Source of the DNA: Candidatus Moraniibacteriota bacterium
GTDB lineage: Bacteria; Patescibacteriota; Minisyncoccia; Moranbacterales; UBA1568
DNA: 64,000 nt
Direction of reading: 5' to 3'
Assembly (NCBI GenBank): GCA_052035095.1
Contig: JBPOHW010000007.1
Span: forward strand, 1,705 to 65,704
Within the stretch, counting starts at the first letter, position 1. Each line of letters starts with the position of its first letter. The position numbers were made by a program, and so were the translations under genes. Under the pieces are notes generated by a model. The model worked only from the letters and a program-made list of their open reading frames with translations, had not been told where the DNA came from and made no database searches. Below, one piece after another: positions 28,574 to 39,572 of the stretch.

Positions 28574-28954
28574 ATGCTACAAGTAAAAACACTCGTTCTC
28601 TTTCTGTTCTTTACCAACACGGAAAAAGGAGACATTCCTATGGGCGCTGGTCCAAAAATATTCCTTCTCCCGCTACAAAAACCGCGGAAAAAGAGCTCCC
28701 CTCTCAAGAAACTCCAAGAGTGGAGAAAAAAGAATATAGGATTCATTCGAGCCAAACACCCGATAACCCAAAAAGTGGGATTCTGGGAAATAGACAACCG
28801 GGGGTGGTCATTGGAATACACACTCTTCGTCGGAGAAATCGACACGCAAGAAAAATCCGTGCAACTCCTCAACTTTCGCAGAGAAATAGTGGGGAAAATT
28901 TCCTACACGGATATAGAGATCATATCCGGAACACTCTTTCTTCGAGAAACCTAA
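28574..28954 (+). CDS. Hypothetical protein
   Basis: ORF 28190..28954 trimmed to the ATG downstream of tRNA-Pro (MLQVKTLVLFLFFTNTEKG...). Followed by terminator 29002..29027. Confidence 0.35.
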   Translation: MLQVKTLVLFLFFTNTEKGDIPMGAGPKIFLLPLQKPRKKSSPLKKLQEWRKKNIGFIRAKHPITQKVGFWEIDNRGWSLEYTLFVGEIDTQEKSVQLLNFRREIVGKISYTDIEIISGTLFLRET

Positions 28955-29001
28955 TACTCTCGCCAAAACAGGTGGGAGTATTTTTCTTTTTCCCCCAAAA
29001 C

Positions 29002-29027
29002 AAAATCCCCCCAATCGGGGGGATTTT
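29002..29027. terminator. Bidirectional rho-independent terminator (CCCCCC-aatc-GGGGGG with flanking A/T runs)
   Basis: caaaatCCCCCCaatcGGGGGGattttg lies between 28574..28954 (+) and hup (-). Confidence 0.7.
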
Positions 29028-29047
29028 GTTTCTATCTTTTGTTTTCT

Positions 29048-29332
29048 CTACTTCACTGAATCCTTGAGGGTCTTTCCGGCCGTAAATTTCGGAACCGTCA
29101 TCGCCGGAATATTGATCTTTGCCTTCGTCTGCGGGTTAATACCCACGCGAGCGGCGCGCTTCGAAATTCGGAAGGTACCGAATCCCGTTACCGTTACTTT
29201 GTTTCCCGCGCGCAATTCCGCCGTCACCACATCCACAAATGCCTCGATGACCGCACTCACATCTCGCTTCGAGAGATCCGTCTTCTCAACGATCGCGTGC
29301 GTCAGCATATCCTTGTTGATATTCTTCGCCAT
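29048..29332 (-). CDS. hup: HU/IHF-family nucleoid-associated DNA-binding protein
   Basis: ATG at 29332 with SD GGTGGAG. MAKNINKDMLTHAIVEKTDLSKRDVSAVIEAFVDVVTAELRAGNKVTVTGFGTF... contains the HU signature arm. Confidence 0.9.
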   Translation of the reverse strand: MAKNINKDMLTHAIVEKTDLSKRDVSAVIEAFVDVVTAELRAGNKVTVTGFGTFRISKRAARVGINPQTKAKINIPAMTVPKFTAGKTLKDSVK

Positions 29333-29586
29333 AGTCTCCACCTGCCTTTCTAGATTGTCCCGGCGCAAAAATTTCCTTCTTCGCCCGAGATTTCATTTTA
29401 TGCCTCATCATTCTAGCCTCTCCATAAAAAGAAAGCAAATGCACAAAAGTTTTTTCATACTACCGAAACGTGCATATTTGAGCACAGTTCGAGGCGCAAA
29501 CGAGGAACAGAGTAAGCTGTATGTAAACATACAGTGTCGAGTACCGGAATTTGCAGCGAAGAAATGTGCCAAATATGCGCGTTTCT

Positions 29587-31119
29587 TTATCGCGCATACT
29601 CTACCGCGCGCATCTCTCGGAAAACGATTACCCGTATCTCGCCCGGATATTTCAACTCCTCCTCAATGCGTTTCGAAATATCCTTGGCAAGCTTCATCGC
29701 GCCCAAATCGTCGGTTTTTTCAGGACTGACAAACACGCGCACTTCCCGACCGGCGGAGAGCGCGTAGGATCGTTCAACTGCCTCGAAAGAATTGATGAGC
29801 GCCTCCAAGTCCTCCAATCGCTTGATGTATTTCTCCGCAGTTTCCTTGCGCGCTCCCGGGCGCGCCGCCGAAATCGCATCGGCCGCCGTCACAATGTAGG
29901 ATTCGAGCGAAGAATGCGGATATTCGTCATGATGACAGCGCATCGCTTCGATCACTTCTTGCGCCACACCGAATTTTTCGAGAATACGAATGCCGATTTT
30001 GACATGGGTCCCCTCAATCTCATGATCCACTGCCTTGCCGATATCGTGAAGGAGTCCTGCTTTCTTTGCAACCGCGACATTGCCGCCCAATTCTGCAGCG
30101 AGCGCTCCCGCGACTGCAGATACTTCGAGCGAATGTGTCAAAACGTTTTGCTTGTAGCTATATCGAAAGTGAAGCCGACCCAAAATATAGAGGAGCTTCG
30201 GATGAAGACCGGGCACGCCAGCATCATACGCCGCCGCTTCTCCCGCCTCGCGGATTTTCTCATCCACTTCTTTCTTTGCCTCTTCGACCACCTCCTCAAT
30301 ACGCGCCGGGTGAATACGTCCGTCCGAAATAAGTTTTTCCAGAGCAATCTTCGCCGTTTCGCGCCGCACCGGATCAAATCCGGAAATCAAAACCGTCTCC
30401 GGGGTATCATCCACCACCAGCTCAACACCCGAAAGTCGCTCAAGCGCTCGGATATTGCGCCCTTCCTTCCCGATAATTTTCCCCTTCACATCGTCCGAGG
30501 GAAGCTGCACCGTCGTCGTCGTAAACTCGGAGACATGCGAACGAGAATAGCGCTGAATAACCTGCGCCATAATATTCATCGATTTCCGCTCCAATTCCTC
30601 TTCATTCTCTTTTTGGAGCTTCGTCATTCGCTTGAGGAGTGCCTCTTGATTTTCTTCTTCAGTCAATTGAAAAAGAATATTTTTCGCTTCTTCCTTATTG
30701 AGGCCGGCTATTTTCTGAAGCCGCGTGAGCTCCTCCTCCCGAGCTTTTTCTGCTTCCTTTCGGATTGAAAGAATCTCTTCCGCCTTCTTTTCAAGTGTTT
30801 TCCGGGTACGATCCAATTCATCCGACTTTTTGTCGAGCGACTCTTCGCGATTCTCGATACGACGCTCCAGGTGAAGAATTTTGTCTTCACGCTCTTTTTC
30901 CTTCTTCTTCGTCTCTTCGAGAATCTGCATCGATTTTTTCTTGGCTTCCAAGAGCACCTCTTCCGCTTTCTTGGCGGCCTCCAGCGTCATTTGTTCCGCC
31001 TTTCCTTCAGCGGTCGACAACTGACGCTTCGCGATACTCTGCCGCGCGAAATACCCCAAAACCGAGCCCGCGGACAACGTGAGCACGGTCGTCAATAACA
31101 AAACCAAATCGGAGGACAT
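29587..31119 (-). CDS. rny: Ribonuclease Y
   Basis: N-terminal TM, coiled-coil, KH domain and HD domain (HDIGKAVDHE). 510 aa. Confidence 0.9.
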   Translation of the reverse strand: MSSDLVLLLTTVLTLSAGSVLGYFARQSIAKRQLSTAEGKAEQMTLEAAKKAEEVLLEAKKKSMQILEETKKKEKEREDKILHLERRIENREESLDKKSDELDRTRKTLEKKAEEILSIRKEAEKAREEELTRLQKIAGLNKEEAKNILFQLTEEENQEALLKRMTKLQKENEEELERKSMNIMAQVIQRYSRSHVSEFTTTTVQLPSDDVKGKIIGKEGRNIRALERLSGVELVVDDTPETVLISGFDPVRRETAKIALEKLISDGRIHPARIEEVVEEAKKEVDEKIREAGEAAAYDAGVPGLHPKLLYILGRLHFRYSYKQNVLTHSLEVSAVAGALAAELGGNVAVAKKAGLLHDIGKAVDHEIEGTHVKIGIRILEKFGVAQEVIEAMRCHHDEYPHSSLESYIVTAADAISAARPGARKETAEKYIKRLEDLEALINSFEAVERSYALSAGREVRVFVSPEKTDDLGAMKLAKDISKRIEEELKYPGEIRVIVFREMRAVEYAR

Positions 31120-31412
31120 ACACGTATGCCCGCCCGCAACAAGAGGAAACCGCTATGAAGCAAGCGCAAACGCGAACCGCGCGCGCGAAAAACTTTCTGA
31201 AATACCCCAAACAATGAGAGCAAGAAGACCAAAAAGTATCATAGGAGGAAAATTCTTGTTGAAAACGGGAGAAAAATATATTAACGCTCCGTCCCATCAT
31301 AGAATGTCCCCATCTTTTTGTCAAAGACCCCCCGAAATGATAGGATGGGAGAAAGAAATGCAAAGTTCAAAATGAAAAATGGAAATGAAGTTTTTCTGGA
31401 TTTCATAATTTT

Positions 31413-31454
31413 GAACTTTGAATTTTGAATTTTGAATTTTGAATTTTGAATTTA
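31413..31454. repeat. Heptanucleotide microsatellite (GAATTTT)x4-5 immediately upstream of the gpmI start
   Basis: gaactttgaattttgaattttgaattttgaattttgaattta. Ends about 7 nt before the ATG at 31461. Confidence 0.8.
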
Positions 31455-31460
31455 TACCAT

Positions 31461-33029
31461 ATGTATCGACCCCTCGTTTTAGTGGTCTTGGATGGCTGGG
31501 GCATCAGTTCCAGCACGCAGGGAAACCCGATTCGCGAAGCGAACCTCCCCACCATCGACAAGCTCAATAAGTATTATCCTATGACCGCGCTCCAGGCGTC
31601 CGGCATTGCCGTGGGACTCCCTTGGAACACGCCGGGGAACAGCGAAGTCGGTCACATGACGCTCGGCTCCGGACGCGTCATCTACCAAAACCTCCCGAGA
31701 ATCTCACTCGCCGTCCAAGATGGATCTTTTTTCAAAAATACCGCGTTTCTCGACGCTATGGAGCGCGTGAAAGCAAACGGCGGAGCACTCCACATTATAG
31801 GGCTCGTCGGCGAAGGATCCGTCCACTCCAACAAAGATCACCTCTATATGCTCCTTCAGATGGCGGCTCAAAACAACGTCTCGAAAGTTTTCGTGCACGC
31901 CTTTACCGACGGTCGTGACTCTCCGCCCACATCCGGCGTCCACACCATAAAGGAAGTTATGGCGCGCACTGCTATGCTCGGTATCGGGACCGTGGCGAGC
32001 ATTGGCGGACGAAACTGGGCGATGGATCGCAACAATAACTGGGATCGTGTCGAAAAAGCCTACCGGGTATTCACCGAGGGGGCGCCATCAACCGACAACC
32101 TCATCGCCTATATGGAAGCATCCTACCGAAAGAACGTCACCGACGAATATATCGAACCCGTTATGCTTGCGCAAAACGGAAAACCGGTCGGCGTGGTGCA
32201 AAACGGCGATGCGGTTATTTTTTTCAACTATCGCGAAGATCGCGCCCGCGAAATCACCAAGGCATTCACAATACCCGACTTTGACGGATTCCCTCGTCCC
32301 GAAAAGCTCGATATCACTTTCGTCACTATGACCGAATACGAGCGAAATCTCCCCGTCCAAGTCGCCTTCGGACCCGAAGAAGTCACCAATTCTCTCGGTG
32401 AGCTCTTAAGCAAAGCCGGAAAAATCCAACTCCGCATCGCGGAAACCGAAAAATACGCTCACGTCACCTACTTTTTCAACGGCGGAAAAGAAAAGGCGTG
32501 GCCCGGCGAAGAACGACTCCTCGTCCCCTCCCCGCTCGTGGCCCGTTTCGACGAAATTCCGGAAATGAGCTCGGCGGAAACCACCAACAAAACCATCGAA
32601 GCCGTTCAGTCCGGAAAATATGATTTCATCCTTTTGAACTACGCAAGTCCCGATATGGTGGGTCATACCGGAAACGAAAAAGCGTCCATCGAAGCGGTCG
32701 AGTCCACTGACAAATGCCTCTCTCTCCTCATCCCCGTCGTGCTCCAGGCAGGCGGCGCGCTCCTCATCACCGCCGATCACGGCAATGTCGAGGAAGTGAG
32801 AAATCTCAAAACCGGCGAAGCGGACACCGAACATTCCAAAAACCCCGTCCCCATCTGGTTCGTAGCGCCAGATAACCACCGCGAAAAGACCGCCGAGGAA
32901 ATCGTACGGGAAGAAACCCAGGTAGAAGGACTCCTCTCCGACGTCGCCCCCACCATTCTCGAGATTATGAACCTCGAAAAACCCGAAGAAATGCACAGCA
33001 ACAGCCTCCTGCGACTGTTTAAGAAGTAA
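31461..33029 (+). CDS. gpmI: 2,3-bisphosphoglycerate-independent phosphoglycerate mutase
   Basis: Trimmed from TTG-initiated ORF 31446 to ATG 31461 (MYRPLVLVVLDGWGI). Metal-dependent iPGM family motifs throughout. Confidence 0.9.
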   Translation: MYRPLVLVVLDGWGISSSTQGNPIREANLPTIDKLNKYYPMTALQASGIAVGLPWNTPGNSEVGHMTLGSGRVIYQNLPRISLAVQDGSFFKNTAFLDAMERVKANGGALHIIGLVGEGSVHSNKDHLYMLLQMAAQNNVSKVFVHAFTDGRDSPPTSGVHTIKEVMARTAMLGIGTVASIGGRNWAMDRNNNWDRVEKAYRVFTEGAPSTDNLIAYMEASYRKNVTDEYIEPVMLAQNGKPVGVVQNGDAVIFFNYREDRAREITKAFTIPDFDGFPRPEKLDITFVTMTEYERNLPVQVAFGPEEVTNSLGELLSKAGKIQLRIAETEKYAHVTYFFNGGKEKAWPGEERLLVPSPLVARFDEIPEMSSAETTNKTIEAVQSGKYDFILLNYASPDMVGHTGNEKASIEAVESTDKCLSLLIPVVLQAGGALLITADHGNVEEVRNLKTGEADTEHSKNPVPIWFVAPDNHREKTAEEIVREETQVEGLLSDVAPTILEIMNLEKPEEMHSNSLLRLFKK

Positions 33030-33103
33030 TGAGCAAACAATAGAGATTCCCGACAACAAAAAACTCTTCTGCTTACAGAAGAGTTTTTCTTCATTCTTCA
33101 TTC

Positions 33104-33691
33104 CTATTTCTCCAGTATCTTGTCCACAATACCATACGCCACCGCCTCGTCGGCGCTCATAAAGCGATCGCGCTCGGTATCGAGTTCTATTTTGGAAATT
33201 TTTTGCCCCGTGTGCTCGGCGAGAATTTTGTTGAGCCGATCCCGCGTCGCGAGAATATGTCGCGCGTGGATATCAATATCCGTTGCCTGCCCCTCCGCGC
33301 CGCCGATCACCTGATGAATCATCACCTCGCCGTTGGGGAGAATCATTCGCTTCCCCTTTTCCCCCGCGGAAAGGAGTATCGCCGCGGCGGAAGCGGCGAT
33401 ACCGACGCAAATCGTCGAAACATCCGGCTTCACATACCGCAAGGTGTCATAAATCGCGAGAGCCGCCGTCACCGCCCCGCCCGGCGAATTGATATACATC
33501 TTGATATCTTCTTTCGAGTTCTGCGATTCGAGAAAGAGAAGCTGGGCAATCACCGCGTTCGCCACCCCGTCGTCGATCGGTGTCCCGATAAAAATGATGC
33601 GATCTTTCAAAAGGCGCGAATAAATATCATACGCCCGCTCGCCATAATGCGTCTTCTCAATCACCGTTGGAATGAGATATTGTGAGTTCAT
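33104..33691 (-). CDS. clpP: ATP-dependent Clp protease proteolytic subunit
   Basis: 195 aa. Ser-His-Asp triad context ([12 protein letters not shown]..., MIHQ). Confidence 0.9.
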   Translation of the reverse strand: MNSQYLIPTVIEKTHYGERAYDIYSRLLKDRIIFIGTPIDDGVANAVIAQLLFLESQNSKEDIKMYINSPGGAVTAALAIYDTLRYVKPDVSTICVGIAASAAAILLSAGEKGKRMILPNGEVMIHQVIGGAEGQATDIDIHARHILATRDRLNKILAEHTGQKISKIELDTERDRFMSADEAVAYGIVDKILEK

Positions 33692-33713
33692 AGGAAGAAA
33701 AACAAAACTCTTC

Positions 33714-35009
33714 TCATTTCAAACCTTCCAAAAATTCCAGCACTTTTTCATTGCGTAAACGCCCCTTCGAAAACTGATGGAGTCGCGCGAGATCGACGTC
33801 CTTCTCCACCTGTTTCAAGCTCCGATAATACTGGAGCGCGCGATTCATTTCCGCCTCCACCTCTTCGGTTGATGGCTCGATTTCACGGTCTTTGGCTATT
33901 TTTTCCAAAACGAGCGCCGAGAGCACTCGTCGCCTTGCCTGTGGCGCCCAGTCCTTCTCGAGATCTTCGCGCGTCTTTTTCGATTGCGCGAGGAAATTGT
34001 CGAAACTCATATTCACCTGCGAAAGTTGCAGTTCAAACTCGGCAAGCATTTTCCCGGTTTCTTCCGCGAGAAGTATCTCCGGAATATCCGCCTCCGACGC
34101 GGCAACCAGCGCCTCGATAATCGCCCCGTGATGTTCGCTATGAAGCGCTTCCTTTTTTTCTTCCAGCAAACCGTCGCGAATATTCTTTTTCAGCGCATCG
34201 AGATGCTCAAAATTCCCAAGCGATACGGCAAACGCGTCATCAATCACTGGAACATCGCGCGCCTCAACCGCTTTCAAGGTCACCTCGAAGCGTGCCGGTT
34301 TCCCGGCGACACTCGCGATATGGTATTTCTCGGGAAACGTAAGCTCGAAAGCTCGCTCCTCACCCGCTTGCATCCCGATGATCGCCTCTTCAAATCCGGG
34401 AAGAAACATTCCCTTCCCGAGAACCATATGATGCCCGCGCGACACGCCATTCTCAATCGGCACGCCGTTTTGAAGCACGCGGAAATCTATTTCGACACCG
34501 TCGCCCGTTCTCGCTTCGCGAGAAACCGTGACAAATTTCGCTCGACTTTCAGCAAGCTTCCGCAGTTCCGCGTCGATATCCGCATCCTCAACACCCGCGG
34601 TCTTTTTTGCAAATTCACCATTGACCGCTTTGACATGCTTCTCCCAATCCTTCAGAACGAGTTCCGGCAGAACAGCCGTTCGGATGACATACTCGAAGTT
34701 TCCGCCCTCTTCTCGCTTTTTGATCTCCGCTTCCGGTCGCCCGATCGCGTCAATCTCCGGATGCTCGCGAAGCGCCCGTTCATACGACTCATGAAGCGCG
34801 TGGTGCGCCGCCTCGGCAAGTATCGCCTCCTTCCCCGCCTTCCGTTCCACCAACTCCCGCGGCGCCTTCCCCGCGCGAAAGCCTTCGATCTTCACGCTCT
34901 TTGCCACTTCTTCGATCGCCCGCGCGAAATCCTTCTTCCATTCCTCCCACCCGAGCGAAACGGCAATCTCCACCCGCGACTTCGGCAATTTTTTGATATC
35001 AACATTCAT
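33714..35009 (-). CDS. tig: Trigger factor
   Basis: 431 aa. N-terminal ribosome-binding domain ([12 protein letters not shown]), FKBP-type PPIase middle and C-terminal arm. Lies upstream of clpP, as is common. Confidence 0.85.
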   Translation of the reverse strand: MNVDIKKLPKSRVEIAVSLGWEEWKKDFARAIEEVAKSVKIEGFRAGKAPRELVERKAGKEAILAEAAHHALHESYERALREHPEIDAIGRPEAEIKKREEGGNFEYVIRTAVLPELVLKDWEKHVKAVNGEFAKKTAGVEDADIDAELRKLAESRAKFVTVSREARTGDGVEIDFRVLQNGVPIENGVSRGHHMVLGKGMFLPGFEEAIIGMQAGEERAFELTFPEKYHIASVAGKPARFEVTLKAVEARDVPVIDDAFAVSLGNFEHLDALKKNIRDGLLEEKKEALHSEHHGAIIEALVAASEADIPEILLAEETGKMLAEFELQLSQVNMSFDNFLAQSKKTREDLEKDWAPQARRRVLSALVLEKIAKDREIEPSTEEVEAEMNRALQYYRSLKQVEKDVDLARLHQFSKGRLRNEKVLEFLEGLK

Positions 35010-35012
35010 AGA

Positions 35013-35549
35013 TTATTTTTTCCCAAACTTTTCTTCATACATTCGAATCCCCTTTTTCACCGCCGCTATTCCTTCTTTTTTTCCTTCAAATCCCTTCACA
35101 ACAACCTTCTTGCCATCCTCGATGGACTTATAGGTTTCGAAGAAGTGCTGAATTTCCTTGAGCGTATGCGGATTCACGTCTTTCAAGCTCTTCACTGTGT
35201 CCCATCGAGGGTCATTGGCGGGAACAGCAAGCACCTTGTCGTCACCCTCGCCGCAATCCACCATATGCATCACGCCGATGACGCGCGCGTCCACCAAAAT
35301 ACCCGGCGCCAAGGGCGATGTCGTAAAGAGTACCACGTCGAGCGCATCATCATCGTCCCAGAGCGTTTGCGGCACAAAGCCGTAGTCAAACGGATAATCC
35401 TGTGATGTCTTCATCGCGCGATCAAGCTTGATGAGCCCTGTTTTCTTGTCGATTTCATACTTGTTCTTCGACCCCTTCGGACACTCGACGATCATATTCA
35501 CGACCTCCGGAGCCTTCTCGCCATACGAAAGATCTTGCCACAAGTTCAT
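35013..35549 (-). CDS. ppa: Inorganic pyrophosphatase (family I)
   Basis: 178 aa. DYPFDYGFVPQT and DDDALDVVL motifs. Confidence 0.9.
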   Translation of the reverse strand: MNLWQDLSYGEKAPEVVNMIVECPKGSKNKYEIDKKTGLIKLDRAMKTSQDYPFDYGFVPQTLWDDDDALDVVLFTTSPLAPGILVDARVIGVMHMVDCGEGDDKVLAVPANDPRWDTVKSLKDVNPHTLKEIQHFFETYKSIEDGKKVVVKGFEGKKEGIAAVKKGIRMYEEKFGKK

Positions 35550-35559
35550 AAAATTTTCT

Positions 35560-37080
35560 TTACTGGTTAATTTCGTTTTCTTTTACTTCATTCTCTGTTC
35601 CCATTTTCTCATTCTTCGCTTCTTCTCCGCCTGTTTCGTTCTCAATTCCCGATTCCTGATTCTCCTCTATCTCTCCTCCATTCTCCATCCCCAATTCTTG
35701 ATCGCCCGTTGTTTGTTGTTCGTTGTCAGTTGTCAGTGGTTCATTGTTCCCCGTTTCCTGCTCATTGTTCATTGTTTCCTGCTCCTTGCTTTTCCTCGTT
35801 CCACTTCCGGCGATATCGATGCGAAGTCCCGTCAACTTGGACGCGAGTCGCACGTTTTGCCCCTTTCGCCCGATCGCCAAGGAAAGCTGGTCTTCCGGCA
35901 CGTGAACGAGCGCGCTCCTGGTTTCTTCGTGGAGTTCCACCTTGCTCACTTTGGCGGGGGAAAGCGCCGCCTTGATAAATTTGTACGCGTCGTCGCTCCA
36001 TTCGATAATGTCGATTTTTTCCCCGCCCAATTCGTCAATGATCGCCTGCACGCGCGTCCCCTTCTGCCCCACGCACGAGCCAATAGGATCAACACCTTCT
36101 TCGGCGGTAAAGACGGCAATCTTGGTGCGCGAGCCCGCTTCACGTGCAATCGCCTTGATCTCCACGACGCCCGAGAAAATTTCCGGCACCTCAAGCGTAA
36201 ACAAATGTCGCACCATCTCGGCATGCGCGCGCGACAACGTGATACCGGGACCCTTGGCGTCCGCCTCGACCCGAAGTATATACACCTTGATCCGCTGTCC
36301 GATACGGTAATTCTCGCCTTCCATTTGTTCCGACGGAAAGAGCGCGCCCACGGATTTGCCGAGGTCGACAAAGACGATCCGCCCGTCGATACGCTGGATG
36401 ATACCGTTCACGATCGTGCCTTCTTTACTCTTGTATTCGGCAAACATACTCTCGCGCTCCGCCTCGCGAATGCGCTGGATAATCACTTGTTTCGCCGTTT
36501 GCGCGGCGACGCGCCCGAATTCCTGCTCCATGGGAAGCGAAAGCTCGATCGTCTCACCAATCTCCGCATCCACCTTCACTAAGCGAGCCTCCTCGAGCGT
36601 CATATCGCGCTCGGCATTAAATCGCGGCAATCGCTCCTCATCACCCTCATCCTCAGTAGAAAGCTCCGCCAATGTTTCAGTCTTCAGATTTTTTTTCTCA
36701 TCATGCGCGTCCTCACGCTTCGCGGGAGTCGTTTCGACTTCTTCCGGCGCTTCCTCGACAAATTCGCGCGTCGTCTCGTCCACCACCTCTTTGAGGAGGA
36801 AGTATTTCGCTGACTTCGTCACCTTGTCAAACTCAGCGCGAATCACCTGCCCGCGCTTCCCATAGTCCTTCTTGTACGCCGCGGCAAGCGCCGCCTCGAC
36901 GACTTCCATCACTTTTTCCTCGGAAATACCCTTTTCCTCAGCAAGCTGCAGCACAGCACTCCCAAACTCGCCCAGCCGAATCGACCCTGATTGCCCGGGT
37001 TCTTTTTTGCCGCCTTCATCCTCATCTTCACCCTCCTCGCGCTCGATATCCTCATCAAGCAGTTTCTTCTTTCGTGCCAT
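35560..37080 (-). CDS. nusA: Transcription termination/antitermination factor NusA with acidic/Gln-Asn-rich C-terminal tail
   Basis: Trimmed to ATG at 37080 ([13 protein letters not shown]). S1 and KH1/KH2 domains ([19 protein letters not shown]; [26 protein letters not shown]). Low-complexity E/Q/N/T tail. Confidence 0.85.
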   Translation of the reverse strand: MARKKKLLDEDIEREEGEDEDEGGKKEPGQSGSIRLGEFGSAVLQLAEEKGISEEKVMEVVEAALAAAYKKDYGKRGQVIRAEFDKVTKSAKYFLLKEVVDETTREFVEEAPEEVETTPAKREDAHDEKKNLKTETLAELSTEDEGDEERLPRFNAERDMTLEEARLVKVDAEIGETIELSLPMEQEFGRVAAQTAKQVIIQRIREAERESMFAEYKSKEGTIVNGIIQRIDGRIVFVDLGKSVGALFPSEQMEGENYRIGQRIKVYILRVEADAKGPGITLSRAHAEMVRHLFTLEVPEIFSGVVEIKAIAREAGSRTKIAVFTAEEGVDPIGSCVGQKGTRVQAIIDELGGEKIDIIEWSDDAYKFIKAALSPAKVSKVELHEETRSALVHVPEDQLSLAIGRKGQNVRLASKLTGLRIDIAGSGTRKSKEQETMNNEQETGNNEPLTTDNEQQTTGDQELGMENGGEIEENQESGIENETGGEEAKNEKMGTENEVKENEINQ

Positions 37081-37304
37081 AATAAAAATAGAATTTAAGA
37101 ATTTAGAATATGGAATAAAGAATGTGGAATAAGGGGAGTCAGACAAGGAAAATGCCCCAGATATGCCTTTGATTCACCATTCTTCATTCGCTTTTCGTCC
37201 TTCCATTCATTAAAAAAGGCTCGCTCGCGCGAACCGGACCGCTCCCACCCAAAAACTACCCAGAATATAGCACCAAAGAAGAAGCGTGTCAAATGACGAC
37301 CGTG

Positions 37305-38426
37305 TTACAAAAAGAGATCTCCGAGATACTTTTCCGCCGAAACAACATTGATAGTGCGAAAGGAAGCTTCACGTTTTAACTCTTTGACCACTTGCGTTCC
37401 TTTGATGTCATACTTACTCGAAAAATAGGTGAGGTTTTGGCTTGGCTCACTTTCCGAGAGTTTCGCCTCGATAAGTTCAGTGACAGTTCCATTTTCAACC
37501 AGAGCAAAATCCGTTTCTTTTCCTTCTTTTGTCCGGAAATACTTAAGTTCGTATTGCTTTCCGGTTGCATCCGAGAGCGCAGAAACATGTTTGAAAAGAC
37601 TTATGGCGACAAAATTTTCAAACCTCGCTCCCCCATCCCCTTCGACAAGTCCGGTATCAAAGAAATATACTTTTGGTTCTTTGAGAATTGAGCGGGCGAT
37701 ATTGCGCGAATACGGCGTGACGCGAAATACAATGAAAAGCGATTCAAAAATTTCCAGATAGCGCTTCACGGTAATCGGAGACACCTGAACATCTTCGGCA
37801 ATCGAATTGAGAGAGAGTGGCGACCCGACACGACGCCGAAGAAGTTCCAGCGTCATTTGCACCGCTTTCAGGTTATGCACCATCTCGAAATCCAAAATAT
37901 CAGTTCGAATGAGGCCATCGAAATACTGGTTTCTCCACCGGGTAGCATCTTCTTCCGTTTCAGCCAAAAACGGTTCCGGAAAACCGCCTCGAGTAATAAG
38001 CCTCTCTATATCGGCAGGCTCTCCGATATGTTTCAGCTCCGCCAAAGAGAACGGAAGGAGGCGATGAACAAAAAACCTCCCCGCAAGCGAATCGCCAGCT
38101 TGCCGAAACGTATTCATTCGCGCGCTTCCGGTTACCAATATTTTAAGAGAAGGCGCTTTCGTGTCAAAAACGCCCTTCAGATAATTTTTCCATCCTCGCA
38201 TTTTATGAAGTTCATCAAGGATAAGAAGCGTTGTGCCAAGAGGCCACGCCTCTTTTTTAATAATCTGACGATCTTCTTCTCGATCAAAATTCAAATAGAC
38301 GGGAGAAGCGTCTGTTTTTCCTATTTCTCTCGAAAGCCACGTCTTTCCAACCTGGCGAGGACCCACCAGAAAGACCATCTTTTTATCGAGGTCTTTGAGA
38401 ATACGTTCTGTTTGTGCGCGTTTCAT
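37305..38426 (-). CDS. AAA+ ATPase (AAA_14/DUF4143-type)
   Basis: Walker A GPRQVGKT and Walker B LILDELH. C-terminal DUF4143-like region. Confidence 0.75.
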   Translation of the reverse strand: MKRAQTERILKDLDKKMVFLVGPRQVGKTWLSREIGKTDASPVYLNFDREEDRQIIKKEAWPLGTTLLILDELHKMRGWKNYLKGVFDTKAPSLKILVTGSARMNTFRQAGDSLAGRFFVHRLLPFSLAELKHIGEPADIERLITRGGFPEPFLAETEEDATRWRNQYFDGLIRTDILDFEMVHNLKAVQMTLELLRRRVGSPLSLNSIAEDVQVSPITVKRYLEIFESLFIVFRVTPYSRNIARSILKEPKVYFFDTGLVEGDGGARFENFVAISLFKHVSALSDATGKQYELKYFRTKEGKETDFALVENGTVTELIEAKLSESEPSQNLTYFSSKYDIKGTQVVKELKREASFRTINVVSAEKYLGDLFL

Positions 38427-38830
38427 ATATGGCTATTATACAGCGTTCTATCAAAAAGTCAAGACTTTTCGATATTTGACTAAAAAATAGTCATTTTTCA
38501 TATTTTGCACCTCCATAGAGCCATTTTCTATATGACCGCCTGCGGGAATTTTCTCACTTTCCTGGGGTTCCTGATAGTCCTGTGCAGAAAAGCATACTTT
38601 GCGTATCACTGTGATACGAGAATAATGCTACAATGATACGAAAACACACAAACACCTTCTCGTATTCCCCCTGTTTCTTTCAATCGCCATTGACACTTCC
38701 TCCAAAAAATGCTACCGTCAAAGACCACCCCAAACCCGTTCTTCCCCCGCCACACGGCGCGGAAATGAGGGGAACAGGAGGTGGTAAACCAGCAGTTGCC
38801 TTAACAATTTATAACATTAAGGAGTCAAAA

Positions 38831-39553
38831 ATGAAGATTTTTGATCTTGCTGAATCCGTTCTCAATATGCCTGGCTTAATGGCATGGTGGAGAACTCGAA
38901 ACATGGGAATGGGAGGAGCACCGCAGAATGCCGGGCAAGGAAAGCCGGATTCCGGCGCAAAATCAAGCATCCTCGGCCTTGGACAAGCAGATGAGGCTAT
39001 TGCCCTTCATGCAGTTGTAAAAGCGCTCACTGATAAAGGCTTAGTCACCGCCAAACAGCGAGCCGCTTTCATTCGAATGGTAACGACACGGTTGTCGCTT
39101 GCCGAATGTACCATCCTGGAGAGAACGCTCGGTTTAGATGAGCAAAAACGGACGTTCATCGAAACCGAGCACGGAACCGACGCCAAAGGAAGGCCCAAGA
39201 AAACCGAAAGAAGTCACGATATCGTTATGAATCATCGCGGACTGGAAACGGTAGTTGGCATCTGTAAACTGGCAGAATCAGACGAGGAAAGCGCCCTGCT
39301 TCTCCTGAAAAAGCTTGGAGCAACCCGAACAACTGGCGATGTCTGGAAAGATCAACTAACGGAAGGGCTCGCGTTTCTAAAGAAACATGGAATTACCCCG
39401 GAAGTTGCCTTGAGCTTCATGAATGGAAGTCAAGAAACCAAAACGGTTCTCGAAGCAGAAAAGGAGAAAACGCGAACATTTCTTTACACGGCACTTGGCG
39501 TAATAGGTCTCCTGTTCGCGCTCATTGCTATTGCCATTGTTGTCCAAAACTAA
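38831..39553 (+). CDS. Hypothetical protein with C-terminal TM anchor
   Basis: ATG at 38831 preceded by AAGGAG at -8. 240 aa. C-terminal TM (LYTALGVIGLLFALIAIAIVV). Confidence 0.55.
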   Translation: MKIFDLAESVLNMPGLMAWWRTRNMGMGGAPQNAGQGKPDSGAKSSILGLGQADEAIALHAVVKALTDKGLVTAKQRAAFIRMVTTRLSLAECTILERTLGLDEQKRTFIETEHGTDAKGRPKKTERSHDIVMNHRGLETVVGICKLAESDEESALLLLKKLGATRTTGDVWKDQLTEGLAFLKKHGITPEVALSFMNGSQETKTVLEAEKEKTRTFLYTALGVIGLLFALIAIAIVVQN

Positions 39554-39572
39554 CCCAAGAGGAATCCATACC

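Noticed and set aside
29517-29534. Calling CTGTATGTAAACATACAG a LexA SOS box
   Set aside because: Half-sites match the E. coli-type CTGT/ACAG, but the spacer is 10 nt, not 8. No lexA gene is seen in the window, so it is reported only as an unassigned operator-like dyad.
31446-31460. TTG start for gpmI given in the ORF track
   Set aside because: It falls inside the (GAATTTT)n microsatellite. The ATG at 31461 gives the canonical iPGM N-terminus.
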